Assembly: GCA_964016885.1 (NCBI GenBank)
Contig: OZ024742.1
Span: forward strand, 319,734,001 to 319,798,000
Direction of reading: 5' to 3'
Source: Eledone cirrhosa
Taxonomy: Eukaryota
Length of the DNA stretch: 64,000 nt
Shown here: positions 23,113-37,000 of the stretch, one piece after another
How the letters are laid out: each line of letters opens with the position of its first letter
Position numbering within the stretch: the first letter of the stretch is position 1
Program-made: the position numbers and the translations under genes
Notes under the pieces: generated by a model
Told to the model about the DNA's origin: nothing
The model's database searches: none
What the model saw: only the letters and a program-made list of their open reading frames with translations

Positions 23113-24879
23113 GACTTAGGGTTCGTCTTTATGTTTTCTATAGTTCCAGCCTCTCTTTCTGCCCTCTCCTATTCACGGGAGATTTTGAGTTTATTTTCAG
23201 TTTGAAACAGTGTTGCTTCAATTGGGATTACGTCTTGTTCCTTACTCTGTAGGTCGCCGGTTTGAGATCTTCGTTCTCCTTCATGGGGATTCTCCTGTCT
23301 CTGGGAATACTATTCTTATGTCTGTTGACCTTTCTTTCCGTGGTCAACTTGGAGCATATGTAGAGACGTATCTAGGGTATGTCAAGCATGGCACGTGCCA
23401 AGGGCGCCACTTGAAAGGGACTAGGAACACTTTCTATTAAAGTCAGATATGCTATCGCCAGAGGGTTAAAAAAGAAACTTCTTCAGATGTATGATATATC
23501 TTTGATTATCATGGGTAAGAAACACTGTGGTAGCTGGATCATTAAACCATTTATATAAATTAGTAGGCCTATAGGTAAAACATACAGTGTTGGAAACTAC
23601 ATATTCACTTATAGTATGACTTGTCAAATATTTTGATAGGGTTTTACTATTTGTCAAAGATCAGTATTACACAGATCACTCCCTTTAAATACACTAACAC
23701 TTTTGCCAATACTTTACATATACTTAAGCGTAAAGGAAACCTGTAGAACAAATGAACATGCAATTTAATACCTCAAACCCTCATTTATTTAAACTGCGCT
23801 GTCAATCCCATTGTCTAACAACTACTATATAGCTTGCTGCATGGGTAGGGGCGCAATTTCAATGTTTGCCATAGACGTTATTTTCCCTTGTTACACCTCT
23901 GAGCATATGGCTTGTATTATCTCCATGAATTGTTCAAGTTGTATGTTGACATCTTTAATACAGAGAATGTCGGTTCAGTTTTGCTTCAGGAGTTCCTCCT
24001 GAATCCTTTTCCAGTTAGCTTTGTGGAAGTTTAAACTGGATAGAGACCATTTAAAGTTGCTTTACGTGTACTATTAGCGTGTCACAGACCGAGTTGGAAT
24101 GTGACAACACTACTAATGATGTGACATCAATGCGAAATACAACATAGCTGAGTGGACTGGAGCAACAGGAAATAAAGTGGCTTGTTCAAAAATACAACGC
24201 GTTGCTGGGGATTGAACTCATGAAATTATGATCGTGGTGTGAACACCTCTAACCACTGAAGCAAACGCCTTTATAAAGACCCAAGTATTTCAGATTAAAA
24301 TATCATTTTCTGTATAGGGGGATGAAAATTAGCAGCTCAAATGATTACATAAATTTACTATTCACACCAGCATTAAAAAAAAACAAAAAACTTAGCGGCG
24401 TAGTTTTAAGCAATCGCCGTAGATTCTTGATGAACCTGTCTTTCTTGCTTTGCAGCTCTCTGTTATTTCTACTTTTCAATTCATTTCTTTCTTTATCTGT
24501 CAACATTTCTTTATAAATTACCCTAAATTTATACAAAATAAAAAGTATAAAAATACGCTTTATTATTCCAAGTGTGGAGTGGTTATACAGATATTGAGAA
24601 GATTAACAAGTTACTTCTTTAGATGTCTCAATCACAAGAAATGCCAAATAATAATTGTTTCTACTTTTGGCACAAGGCCAGCAATTACCAGTACATTACT
24701 GGTACTTTATTTTATCGACCCCGTAAGGATGAAAAGCAAAGTTAACCTCGGCGGAATTTGAACTCAGATCATAAAGGGACGTAACTCTATGCTTCAAAGC
24801 ATGGCGTCCGACTCTCTACCGATACTGCCAATCCAATAATAATGCAGTTTACACAGTGAAACACTCAATATTTACAGAT

Positions 24880-25243
24880 GGCAGTGGATTGGCTGAATAA
24901 GATATGTATACATATGTATATGCAGTTATTAGACGCAGAATATTTGGAATGTTTTACATATTTTTACTGTTCAATTGAAGGATTGTATTTGTAAGTTCCT
25001 AACTAGTTGTGTTCTTTCTGTTCCTGTGAAGCCTAGCTTCTCAAGATTTGTACTGAGGCAGTTACTAACATATCCCAGTGTCCCAATAATCACAAGTGTA
25101 AATCTGAAGGGGTGATCAGGGTGGGCTATCTGCAGATTTCTCATTAGTTCTGCATAGATATTCTCCTTTTCGCTGATCTTTAATATTATATTGGCATCTG
25201 CTGGGCAGCTAACTTCCACTACTGTGCATGCCTTCTTTAAATG
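24880..25243 (-). mobile_element. R4/Dong-like LINE 3' fragment (RLE domain)
   Basis: ACTVVEVSCPADANI..EKENIYAEL..VIIGTLG; close paralog of 59290-59610. Confidence 0.85.
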
Positions 25244-25479
25244 ATACATGTGCACATGTACATGTCTTTATATTTATACGTGTGTGGATGCAATTTGTAT
25301 GTATGTACTTGTAGTTGCTATATATGTATATATGGTTTTGTTGTTTCTATTGTATGTTATTAACGCTCAACACCCCCACCCCCACCAAACACAACTCATT
25401 GTTTCACCTACAATCTTTCTTATTACATTTTATAAAAGAATTCTCACGAACTGATTTTCCATAATTAATACTGCAAAAA

Positions 25480-25616
25480 CCACCACTACCATCACCATCA
25501 CAACCACCACAACCACACCACTACTGCTACTACTACTACTACTACTACTGCTGCTGCTGCTACTACTACCATCACTATCACAACCACCACAACCATCACC
25601 TCCACCACCAAAGCCA

Positions 25617-25649
<33 letters not shown>

Positions 25650-25702
25650 AACTACCACAACCACCAACACCACCACTACCACCACCTCCACCACCAAAAC
25701 CA

Positions 25703-25750
<48 letters not shown>

Positions 25751-25752
25751 AG
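25480..25752. repeat. (CTA)n/(CAC)n microsatellite
   Basis: Directly visible; abuts the Tx1 tail. Confidence 0.9.
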
Positions 25753-25754
25753 CA

Positions 25755-28700
25755 ATAATCATTTCATTTATTGGCCACAAGGGCCGACATATAGGGGACA
25801 ATACAAAAGACTGGGACAGTGGGGTTTTACAGAAAAATCGAGTAAACAATATGAATAACAATAACAAAATAACAAGAAAAATACAACAAGAAAAATTCCC
25901 CAATAGGGGGGATGACCACCCAGGGTTCGCTCAGGTACCCCACCAATCCTGAACGACCCGGCGCTTCGAGAGCACCTTGGAAGGGCACCCCCTCCTCCTC
26001 AAATTTACCCACCTACAGCCGCATGACCAGAGTAGGCCCACTCACACGGGCCATTCTCGCCACATTCACCCACCTTTCAGCAAATGTACTGGGGGGGCAG
26101 CACTTCTCTCTCCACCCTCACCTTCCTTTCCAAGTGAAACTTGAAAACGTTGATGCGGGATTGACCGAAGAAAAAAGTGTCTGTCTTCAGTCTTTTCAAC
26201 CTCGTCCACCATACAACCTCTTTCGCTACTGCCACCAGACAGAGGAAAATTGCCTGCCCTTCCTGGCCAAAAGAAGACGGCGGCTCGATCTTCACTATGG
26301 TTTCGGCCGATAGCCGGAACTGTTCTACACGCGACAACGGTTGTTCGACATAACTCCACAAATTCACGGACACTGGACGAGTGCGTGCAGAACGGTTTCG
26401 TCGCTCTGCGCACATCTCGGGCAGGTCCGTCTGACAGCACTTCCGTGCCTGTAGAGTTTATCTCGAACCGGCAGTGCCCCCCGGTAGCACTGCCAAGCGA
26501 GGGATTTTTGGAAGTTATCCATCGTACCCGGTTCGAAAATCCTCCGGAACAGATTGGTTGGGTCGACTTCGTCGCCGCCCAGAGTCTCTCCGAGTGTGTC
26601 GTCGCACTTGCCAACCACTAATCCTCTATAGAACTCGAGAGTGGAAGTTCCACTGACCGCATTGTCCGCCTGGTAGAGAGCAGTGAGTGCTTTGTAACAT
26701 TCTAGTTGCCAGTCACCAAGTCTCTGTCTCTTCTTAACCCAGGACTGCAGCTCAGTCAAAGAGATGAGCGGCGGAAAGCCCGCCTGACAAACAGCGACCA
26801 CACCCGTTCACCTTTTAGGGCAGAATATCAGGAGATGCCGCAGCCTCAGCACATGTCTGCGCATCATTAGCCACGGCATGCCAAGCTCTCCGCGTAGAGG
26901 GTGCTGGCAGCAGATGGACCGCCTCACCAACGGAACCTTAAGGAAAGAGAGAGCGCACCCTTGACGGACCGATCGGGAGACCTGAAACAGTTCCCAGAGG
27001 TGACCATTAACTTTAACCACCAAGCAAATACCGCTGTGCATTGCAGTGATCCAGCTTCTGAAGACGGGACCGAAGACAGCTGCCTTGAGGACAGCCTCCA
27101 GGTACAGATATTCGACCCTATCGAATGCTATCGATTGATCTAAATTGATCAGAGCCCCACCGAAGCCAGGTTTACACCCTACCCTCCCTATGATATATCA
27201 TATGAGGTGGAGGTTGTCGTGTATGGACATGGTCGGGATTGCACAAGTTTGTGCCTCCCCAACCAAATCTTCGACAAGCGCCAATCTCTTCGCTAATACC
27301 TTGGCCAAGATCTTAAACTCTGTGTTGAGCAGAGTTATGGACCTGAAGTTGTCTTGTTCTTGTCTTTCCTTATCAGCGTCACTACTCCACGGCTCACAGA
27401 ACTAGGAACACCCCTGTTCTGCTGGCAGTTTCAGTAGAGCGCTTCGAGGAGATCGGAGAACAAGTCTAGCATATTTAGGTAAAGCTCGTAGGACAAACCA
27501 TCCAAACCGGGTTACTTGCGCCTCGTGCAGCCGAAAAGGGCATCCTGAATTTCGACTGAAGTTATCGGCATTTCGCAGCGCTCAGCCTCGGCCGTCGAGA
27601 GGTGCGGCAACCGTCGAGGTAGGGACCGAAGTCCGCTACCATCTATGACCTGTCACTTCCCCCAAACAACCGAGAAAAGTGCTGGCGAAAGGCGTCACAC
27701 ATCCGCCTGGGATCACTCAGCTCGAATCCGTCTCGGTCCATCAAAGACAAAATTGTCGTTTTATTACCACGCTGCGCCTCTTCCACGAGGGCCCATCGAA
27801 TAGCTTTGGTTTCCTCGTTTCTCAGAGCATGCACCTTAACTCTGACAATGCAATCTTCGAGTTTCGCATTGAATAAATGGTCTAATGCCATTCTCGCCGC
27901 TAGCACGTCAGTTGCAATGCCACTACAAATAACCTCGTCTAACTTAGCTACCAGCTCCCCCTCCTTTCTATTTTTTCTAACTGGATTTTGATTAACCATA
28001 GATGACCCTATGCAGTTGGTCCAGGTCCACACTGCGCATTAGGGAAATCTAGTCGGTACCTGTCAGACAGTTGGAACTGGCTGATCAGGTACTTGAGGCT
28101 TTTGCATCCCCCGATCTTATCAGGTACTCCCACAGAATCCCAGCGTGCGTCTAAGATGCCGTTCCAGTCCCTTGCTTACAGTAAAGGGCAAGACGTACCC
28201 AGAAAGGTTTCCAGGCACCTAAAGAAGTCTGGTCATCCGGCCCCGGTAGGGATGTAAATGGCCACCAGTCTAAAGGCACCACCTTCGCTATTGTTCACAT
28301 CCAGGATCACCAACCTACCGTCCGAGTCTCGGAAGATCGACCTTACCTAGAGGTCCAGGACCTTCCTAAACAGCACTGCAATTTCACCTCCCATTCCCGG
28401 CCGACTAACAGATGCGCACGTGTCGGAAATCCTGGTCTTGCTGACGGCAATTACATCCATTTCTAGAGACCTGAAGTCGTTTAGCAGGCGACCCTGCTTC
28501 CAGGGCGACCCCAGGCCACGAACATTTGAACTTCCTACTCTTAAAATGGCCATGTAGCAAGCTAAAAGAGAGAGGGAAGGTTTACTTACCTTTCGGTGTC
28601 TTGCGAAGGTCGGGTGGTTCGACTTCCATGGTTGGAGGGGTTTCTTTTTGGAACCCCTTTAAAAGTCTCGATGTGGGTTTCACGTTCGTTGTTCCCACGT

Positions 28701-29960
28701 CGGGAGGAAAGCTCTCTCGAATTCCTTTATAGGAATCGAACGACATTCGTACCTCTTCTGGTACATTTCCCCCTCTGTTTGAATTTCTTCGCTTGGCCCT
28801 TCTGACAAGTATGAAGTTTTTAATGTTTTGTTGGTTTTCGTTTGGGTGACTGTGGTGGTGATGGTTTTGTCGGTGTTTCGGGTATGTCTGTGTTTGTTGT
28901 AGGTGTGGTGTCTGCAATTTCAGGTGTCTGTGTGTTTATTTGTTCTTGTGTCTGTTTAGGTTGTTTGCGCTTGGGGGGATTGTGGGGATGATGTTGGTGT
29001 TGGTGTTGTTGGGGAAGTGTTTACGTTGGTGATGTCTGTATGTTTTGTGCTTTGTGGGGGGGGGGGGTCTTTTTTGCTTTTTGGCGGATTTGGGTTTTCC
29101 CTCATCTTCACTCCTGGAAGATGGCGGGTCTGTGACTGATAGTGTATCTGAGTCTGTGTGTGTGCTTATGTTTTTGTCCATGTGTATATTTTGAGGGGAA
29201 GGGTGAATGGGAGAGCTTTCCTTGTTTCTCCCCTGGGTTGATTTTGCTATTGGCGGGGTTTCCTGTGTCAGTGTTGGTGGAGCTTTCCGTCCCGGCACTG
29301 GCATTGGCAGACGGGAGGTTTGCGGCCCCCTGCATTTTTCAACTGACAGCAAAAGGCTCACAGATTCGTTGCCTCACTGCAGACGAAGTACTGCGGCCTT
29401 CTTCCCTCAGCAATCAACTGAATCGTTGACTTGTCCTTTAGGCGGACAAAATTCGGGATGTTATTTAGGTCTTCTGGTTTTATTTGGAGAAGAATCTCCA
29501 AATCCATAAAACCAGTCACTTGTCAGTCTTTTTGATATCTACGAGGGTAGTGTTGGTATCCTCCTCGATTACGCATCCCAGGAGCCACCTTAAGTTCATT
29601 CCTGGTGGGATCCAAGGAATGCAGACCTTCGCTGTTCTTTTGCCCATGTAGGACGGGTGCAGGAGGCCACGGACTGCTTAATAGCAAGGGCCTCGGTTTT
29701 GAACAGCACTGAGATGGTGCCGAACTGTCTGGCCCTTGCTTTGTATTCAATATAATCTTTGCTGCATTCCAAAGCAGCCTCGACTTCTGCCTGGCTGACG
29801 AGTTCACCTTGCGAGTCTGCACCGAAATACATTGAAAATGTAAAGTCCTCCTCTGCATAGCCGCTATTGCTTCGTCCGGGATTGTTAGGTTGGCCCAATA
29901 TTTCTCGTGTTTAAGTAATTTCCACGCCTGGGCCAACTGCTGCTCCCTGTCTGTAATATC
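25755..29960 (-). mobile_element. Tx1/L1-clade LINE with ORF1 and ORF2 remnants; RT core deleted
   Basis: ORF2 start 28553 MAILRVGSSNVRGLG (APE); CPRC..ETVLHALVQCP at about 26364-26420; near 26940 RQGCALS joins directly to VPLVRRSICC (YADD region missing); ORF1 pieces 28582-29936. Confidence 0.92.
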
Positions 29961-31040
29961 GGCGTTAAAAAATCGTTTTGTTTTCTGCTGCGAATGTGCT
30001 GTTTGTTGCTGTTCTCACTGTTGCTCTTGTTGTTGGTGTTGTTGTTCTTGCTGTTGTTGTTGTCATTATTGCAGTTGTTGTTGGTGTTGCTGCCGTTGAT
30101 ATTGTTGTTTTGTTTGTTGTTGCTGCTGCTATCGTTATTAATGTTTAAATGTTTATATTAAGGCTGTTGATGTTGTCGTTGTTGTTTTTCTTACTTGTTG
30201 TTGTTGTGGTGGTGGTAGCGGCAGTGGTGGTGAAGGTGGTAAAGTGGGACGTTTAATGTTTATGATTGTACAATTCTCTCACATCCAGCAGCACTGACCA
30301 CAGTCTTATCACACATGCTACAACAATACTAAAAAACAATGCCATGTTTTGATAGATATATTTATTATTTAAATTGTTGCTATTCCAAGGTCATTTGCTT
30401 TTGTAACAAACAGTAGTTCTGACGTTACACACGGAATACACTAATGGGACATCAGGGTATAAGATAGAGAGGGCAGAGGGGACTGGGTGGATGTCAGATG
30501 AGAGAGGTAACTGGGCCTATCCAGTATTCCTTTAATCGTCTTATTCTTTCACTAATTTCAGTCAATAGACTACGGCCATACTGGGGCGCCGCCTTCAAAG
30601 AGTGTAGTCGATCACATCGACCCCCAGTACTTTTTTTTTTTTTTTTTTTAAGACGTGTGTGCTTTCGTATAGTTTTTTCGTCTGCCAAATTCAACTCACA
30701 ACTCATTGGTCAACCCAAAGCTATAGTACAAGACACCTGGCCAAATTGCCGCGGAGAGGACTGAACTTTGAACCACGTATACGAATGTTTACAAACTGAG
30801 TTACAGAGAGATCTCCCATGAAGGTATCTGATGTGGGCACATCATGACCGAATGGTTAAGGGGTTTGTTTCGTAATTATTAGATCCAGGGTTCGTTTCCA
30901 CTGCGTGTCATCATGAACATGTGTCATTTCAAATAACCTCGGGTCAACCAAAGCTTTAGGAATGAAATCGGATGGATGAAAAATGTTCGGCAGTTGGTTG
31001 GATGGATTGTACCAGTAATTCCAAGGACTAGCCTTGTCAC

Positions 31041-31214
31041 CAGGGCCTATGAGAGGGAGGGGGAGGAGGGGTCCAGCCGATATTTTGTTCCGAACCTAAA
31101 AGCTAAGAAGGCCCTACAGCAACCATGCAACATCCATTTTGAGAAAAATCTTTGCCCCCTTCGGGCCCCAAAAGGGTCTTGTACCGCCTTGCAAAATTTC
31201 TCTTGGAAGCCCTG
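31041..31214. mobile_element. hAT MITE, 174 bp, inserted in a SINE
   Basis: CAGGGC...GCCCTG termini; perfect 8-bp TSD CTTGTCAC (31033-31040, 31215-31222). Confidence 0.85.
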
Positions 31215-32064
31215 CTTGTCACACAGTGTTATACTGAATCTTCTCGATAATTACATTATGAATACATTTAGCTGTGGAATGCACAGCCACTAACACGTTA
31301 ATTTCTCAAGCAGGCTGTTCCGTTGATCGAAGAGCTGGAACACTCATCGTTTTTCTAAGCTATGCCACGTTTTTATTCGATTTTTTTAACGTGTTTGTCA
31401 TTTATTCATTGAAGCGGCAGAATCGTTAGAACATCGGATAGAATGCTTTGTGGTATTCGTTCTGGCTCTCTGAGTTCAAATCCTGCAGAAGTTAACTTTG
31501 CTTTTCGTGGTCGATAAAAGACATACCAACCCAGTACTGAGGCTGATTCTTCTTCTATATCTCTTTCTCACTTCCTCTATCTCATTTTTTTCTCTCTTTT
31601 TCTGGAAGAAATCAGTTGCGTTCAGATCTGCAGAGGGGATGGGCTTCGTCAGGTTTAAAATGCTCAAGATAAGCCGTATGTCACTATGGCGCCCCTACGA
31701 CTTCATCAGAAGTTGCGAGTCCATAATATATTTATTCCCTGGTTGGTTCAGTTGTTGTCTTGATGTGACTGTTGATTATGTCGTTCATATCCTGTTCTAC
31801 TAAAGTAGTCGTTCTGTGGGCTTCATGAATTTTTGATATATTCAGTATGGAGGAGGTGCATTTTAATATTTGATGTCTCAAAGCTATGATTATTTTTCCT
31901 TGGTTAATTTATATTGTTATTGCATTGGAGAAGCTATGTTTGTGTCTCCGATGCTATTTCTATTGTTGTTGGTCATCAGGTGTTTAGCCAGTGTGCTCTT
32001 CGATCCTGAAAATATGAACTCAGAACGCATAGAGCCGGAACAAATACCGTAATCTACCAATTCG

Positions 32065-32313
32065 TTACCCGTTGTTACTGTTATTGTAGCTATTCTTGTC
32101 ATTGTTGTTGTTGCTGTTATTGTTGCTATTGTTGTCGTTGTTGTTGTTGTCACCGTTGTTGTTGCTGTTGCTGGCCTTGTTACTGCTGTTACTGTTGTTG
32201 TTGTGATTGCCGTTGTCCCTGCTGTTATTATTGGTCATCGTTGTTGTTGCTGATGTTGCTGCTGTTGTTATTGCTGCTACTGTTGTTTTTGTTGTTGTTG
32301 TTGCTGCTGCTGT

Positions 32314-32353
<40 letters not shown>

Positions 32354-32390
32354 GCCGCCATTGGTGTTGTTGTTGTTGTTGTTGTTGTTC
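32065..32390. repeat. (GTT)n-rich microsatellite
   Basis: Directly visible. Confidence 0.9.
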
Positions 32391-32971
32391 AGCACTGGTT
32401 ATGCAGACATATGATCCACAACATTACAACTGTATTTCCATGTCAACATTTTTTTTTTCGATCACACTTCTTTCTGATACGAAAGAGATATAACTGCTAT
32501 TTCTAACGTGTCGAACCTCCATATAGAGACGCCCCGCCGCCGATAAGTAGGGGGATGATTAAATAACAGTCACGAAAGAAAATAATGAGAATGTGATAAT
32601 TTTGAAGCCGGAAAAGTGGCACAAATTGTGACAGAAATTGGTAAACAATCTTGCTACAACTGTCGTCATCTGATTTATATTATATTTTAAAATTGCAGAT
32701 AGGTTTTCTCTTTCTACTTCTTTTTGTCATCATAAATATAAGTCATAGCTATCACACCACGTTATCATGCCATTCACATGGCTGACCTAGTTCCACATCT
32801 TTACTTACCTTATAATATGAACGCAGCTCCAGGTTAATTCTCATATCATGATATCTTGGGAAAAGGGGTATTTGTTTTTTATTGCAGTTTCGTTAGGGTT
32901 GATCAAATGACTTGTGATTGAAAATTTGATAGACGGAAGTTGTATGGAAGAGCTCATTGTACGCCTATATA

Positions 32972-33680
32972 TGAGGAGTTGTCTGATTCCTTTGATGTGA
33001 CAAATGGCACAAAACAAGGCTGTGTGATGGTTCCAGTTCTTTTTGCACTGTTATTCTGAGTGATGTTGAAATATGCCTTTGGTGAAAAAGATACAGGTGT
33101 TAGATTCCAATTTTGAACTAGTGATGGACTCTTCATCCATCAACGATTCAAAGCTGAGACGTATCTACGAGCCAGCAATATTCGCGATCTTCTTTTTGCA
33201 GATGACGCTGCACTTGTAGCAACATCTTTAGAGGAAGCCCAGGAACACGTAACCCAATTTTCTGTTGCAAGTAAAGCCTTCGGGCTTACCATCAGCATAA
33301 AGAAAACAGAGGGGATCTATCAGCCATGCTTTATGCCCATTTAAATACAAAGTGTCAAACAGAAACCACCAGTTCACCAGTTCCCAAATACCCCTATAAA
33401 AGTCGATGGGAAGAATCTCAAGTATGTAAAATCGCTCACATATCTTGGTAGTAAGGTGAACTCAAATGTATTTCTCGAAAATACATCGTATAGAAAACTA
33501 ATCGTATAGGGAAAGCAACGAGTGCATTTGGCAAGCTCCGTCACCACCTTTGGAATGAATGGGGAATAACACAGGACACAAAGATACAGGTTTATAAAGT
33601 TGTTATACTGACGCCACTCTTATATGAATCGGAATCCTGGACTCCATATAGGTCACACATCAACCAACTGTGGGTACACA
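32972..33680 (+). mobile_element. RTE-clade LINE RT fragment (decayed)
   Basis: Manual translation: SFDVTNGTKQGCVMVPVLF..IRDLLFADDAALVA..FGLTISIKKTE..TYLGS..TSAFGKL..VYKVVILTPLLYESESWT. Confidence 0.9.
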
Positions 33681-33973
33681 CTCGAAGACAAAATATCTAA
33701 CGCTGACCTCTTTACTAAGTGCAAGATATTTACTAACACATACAGAGACAAAACAAAACATTTTAGGCTCTAGACGTTTGAACTTGTCCAACAAGTGCTT
33801 TGCGCAGATCAGGCGGTTATCTTTTGTCTTTGTAGACGGTGCAATCAGCTGCTGTGTTGTTATCTCATGATTCAAAGGCGGATAGAACACTAGTTTCTCT
33901 ATATCAAATATCACTTATTTTATGATTCAGAATGAGCTGATCGTATTTACGACCACGAAACTGTTTGGTAATG

Positions 33974-33978
<5 letters not shown>
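33680..33978 (-). mobile_element. Tc1/mariner-like remnant; partial inverted copy at 50722-50892
   Basis: TKDNRLICAKHLLDKFK resembles the helix preceding the first catalytic D of Tc1/mariner transposases; 33808-33978 is the near-exact reverse complement of 50722-50892. Confidence 0.55.
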
Positions 33979-34013
<35 letters not shown>

Positions 34014-34016
<3 letters not shown>

Positions 34017-37000
34017 TTCCGACCAACCCAACCACGGATTACACACCTTGGACCTCGCTCCCACGAATCAACTCCATCACAAGGAAAATATCCGGCATCC
34101 CACCACACCATCTACGGAACTACTTTAGGAACTTACCCACGGACATACACTCACAACAATTTTTTCCCCCACACGCCACCTACATCCACAATACGTATAC
34201 ACACCACACACACGTGTGTACCCCCACATATTTACACACTCAGCCTCCGGAATACCCCCTCCCCACCCCTCTGACCACTCCCCATCCACGCACGCACACA
34301 CACACCGACCTACACCCCACGCCACACACCTTTTCCTGAACATGGAACCCCGTTCTTCCCCAACTCTCACATACACACACACACGTACACCTACACACAC
34401 AAACCACTTTCAGCCCTCCCCGCTCGGACACTCCGCCTCCCTCTCCCCACTCCACCGCCACCACACAAACCACCTTCAGCCCTCCCCGCACGCCCCACAC
34501 CCTTCCACCACTTGTTTATCTTCATGTTTATTTTTATTTTTATTATTATTTTTTCATATTTTTTTTCATATTTATTTTCATTTGTACCACTTCCACCGTT
34601 TCCTCTCACCCCTCTTTTCTAAATGTCTCTCCCCCACTCCCCTACACACCCTTGGAACTCTCTTCCCACACACTTTTCGCCTGAAGAAGGGCTTATGCCC
34701 GAAACGTCGTTCCCCACCACCACCCCACTCTCAAGAGCGTGAAACTAATAAACCTTTGTTCGTACTGCCTCTCTGTTTTGTTCCCGTTCCATTTTTCACT
34801 ATACAATACACGCTCCCACGGCTTCCATACCACCTTGGAAACTTCCTTGACTACCGGCTAACCCCGATCTAATCCGCCGTGACCACTCTCTGAACTTTCT
34901 CCACACCTTCCCACAACTTGTTTTTTCCTTTCTTTGCATTACTTTTTGATCGATTTATTTACTGTACTTGTTTATTTCTGTCTATGATTTTTTGTCCATG
35001 ATTGCCTGTGTTTACTCTCCTCTCCTTACGTTATTTCTGTTTGATTTTCCCTCCCCCGTCTCTGCTCATCTTTCGCACTCACCCCTTCGTTCACCCCCCC
35101 ACTCCGCTTCACACACCTCCTTTCTCATTCCTCGCCCTGCTTTCACTCCACGCCCACCATGCCCAGCCTGAGATCCTTTCTCCACCAACTCCACACCCGC
35201 CTCAAACTTTTCCTCCCCCTCCCCCCTCCCTGCTATCTCCCCTCGGCCCTTCAACTCTCCTACCTTCTCTTCGCCCAAACCCGGCACTCCAGCCACATCC
35301 ATTTCCTCAGCCGCTGCCTCCACCTCCACCTTATCCCCCTCGGCTTCCGTCTACACTTCCACACCTCCCCCTCCACTTCCCCCTCCACCCAACGTATCCT
35401 CACCCGATCCTCGTGCCTCCTAATGCGCAACTCCCGCCGCTCCTCCCGCTCCACCACCCGCAAACTTGACTACCAACGGACCCCCACCCTCCTCCGCCTT
35501 AACTCTGCCTGCCACCCCCTCCTCGCCCACTCCATCCTCCTCTTCATCCAAAACCTCAACCACAACCTCTTCTCCTTCCTCACCTCCACCAAAGGCTTAA
35601 GCTACACTCACTCTCCCGACTCCCCCCGCCATCCCTATGACCCCCCCACCATTCCCCCATCCTCCCTCACACACCCAAACCCCACCACTTGTTGTCACCA
35701 TACCCCCTGACCTCCACCTCTCCCTGCACCTGAGCGCTCACTCCTCAGTAGAGGACTTCGCTTCATACCCCACACTCCGCACAGCGACGAGTTCCGCACT
35801 CGAACGGAAGTCGAGCGATTCGTGCGACGCACGAAGCTACAGGCACATTTCGGTCAAACGCCACCGGCTCCGAACGCCCCAGACCCTTTTCTCGCCCTGG
35901 GCTGACGACCATCGTCTTAGACGCCGGCCCCAGGGCAATTTAGCACTCTGGACGCGTTCGTCGATGCCTGCCGTAGCGCAGTAAATCGCTTCGACTTCCG
36001 CCACCGGTTCCAACGGAGTAACATCAAACGGGGCGAACTCCTCGCTCTCCGCTCCCTCCGTAGCCGAGATGACATCGTCATCAAACCGGCGGACAAGGGA
36101 GGTGCCGTGGTGGTGTGGCGTGCTGACCTCTACACGGCTGAAGCCCTCAGGCAGCTCCGTAACCCCCTCTTCTACCGCCCTCTACCCTCCGATCCCACAC
36201 CCCTCTACCAACAACAAGTTTCCTCCACAATCCAACACCTTGTCTCCTCCTCCCTCCCCCCCACCGCTTCCCACCTCATCGTCCGAACCCCCCGCACCCC
36301 CACTATCTACTTCATCCCCAAACTCCACAAACCCGACAACCACGGCCGCCCCATCGTCTCCGCTTGCAACTGCCCCACCGAACTCATCTCCACCTTTCTT
36401 GACTCCATCCTCGCCCCCCTTGTCACCACCCTCCCCTCCCACATCTCCGACACCAACCACGCCCTTCGCCTATTCGACTCCTTCACCTTCCCACCCGGCC
36501 CACAGCCCTTCCTCTTTACCTTAGATATCAAGTCGCTCTATACAGTCATCCCCCACGCCGACGGCCTACGTGCCCTCAAGCACTACCTCGACCTTCGCCC
36601 CTCCCCCATCGCCTCCACCCCACCTTCCTTCGCCTCGCCGAGCTGGTCCTCACCCTCAACTGTTTCTCCTTCTCGGGTGAGTTTTACCAAAAGGTCACGG
36701 GGATAGCCATGGGCACAAGAATGGGCCCAAACTATGCCAACCTTTTCGTTGGCCATGTTGAGGCCCAAATCTTTGCCCAGTACACCGGCCACACGCCCGA
36801 ACTGTACGGTCGTTACATCGACGACTGTATCGGAGCCACGACCCTCACCCGAGAACAGCTTGACTCCTTTCTCTCCTTCTTCTGCTCCTTCCACCCCTCC
36901 CTCCACTTCACCACCTCTATCTCCACCACTCATGTCCACTTCTTAGACATCTCCGTCGTCATCGACCCCTCCCACCGCTCCCTCGTCACCTCCGCCTTCT

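Larger units (their letters stand above)
20460..23460 (-). mobile_element. CR1-group LINE fragment interrupted by an LTR element
   Basis: 20466-20792 encodes KGGSRADAKNYRPVCLTS..ERIIRRKL..LEENDLL; removing the LTR element and one TSD restores GTIENIKTNPKSFSKFAK across 23147/21004. Confidence 0.85.

Noticed and set aside
31636-31712. CTGATGA-A-GTC...GAC-GAAG on the minus strand
   Set aside because: GAAG instead of GAAA and no stem I or III pairing.
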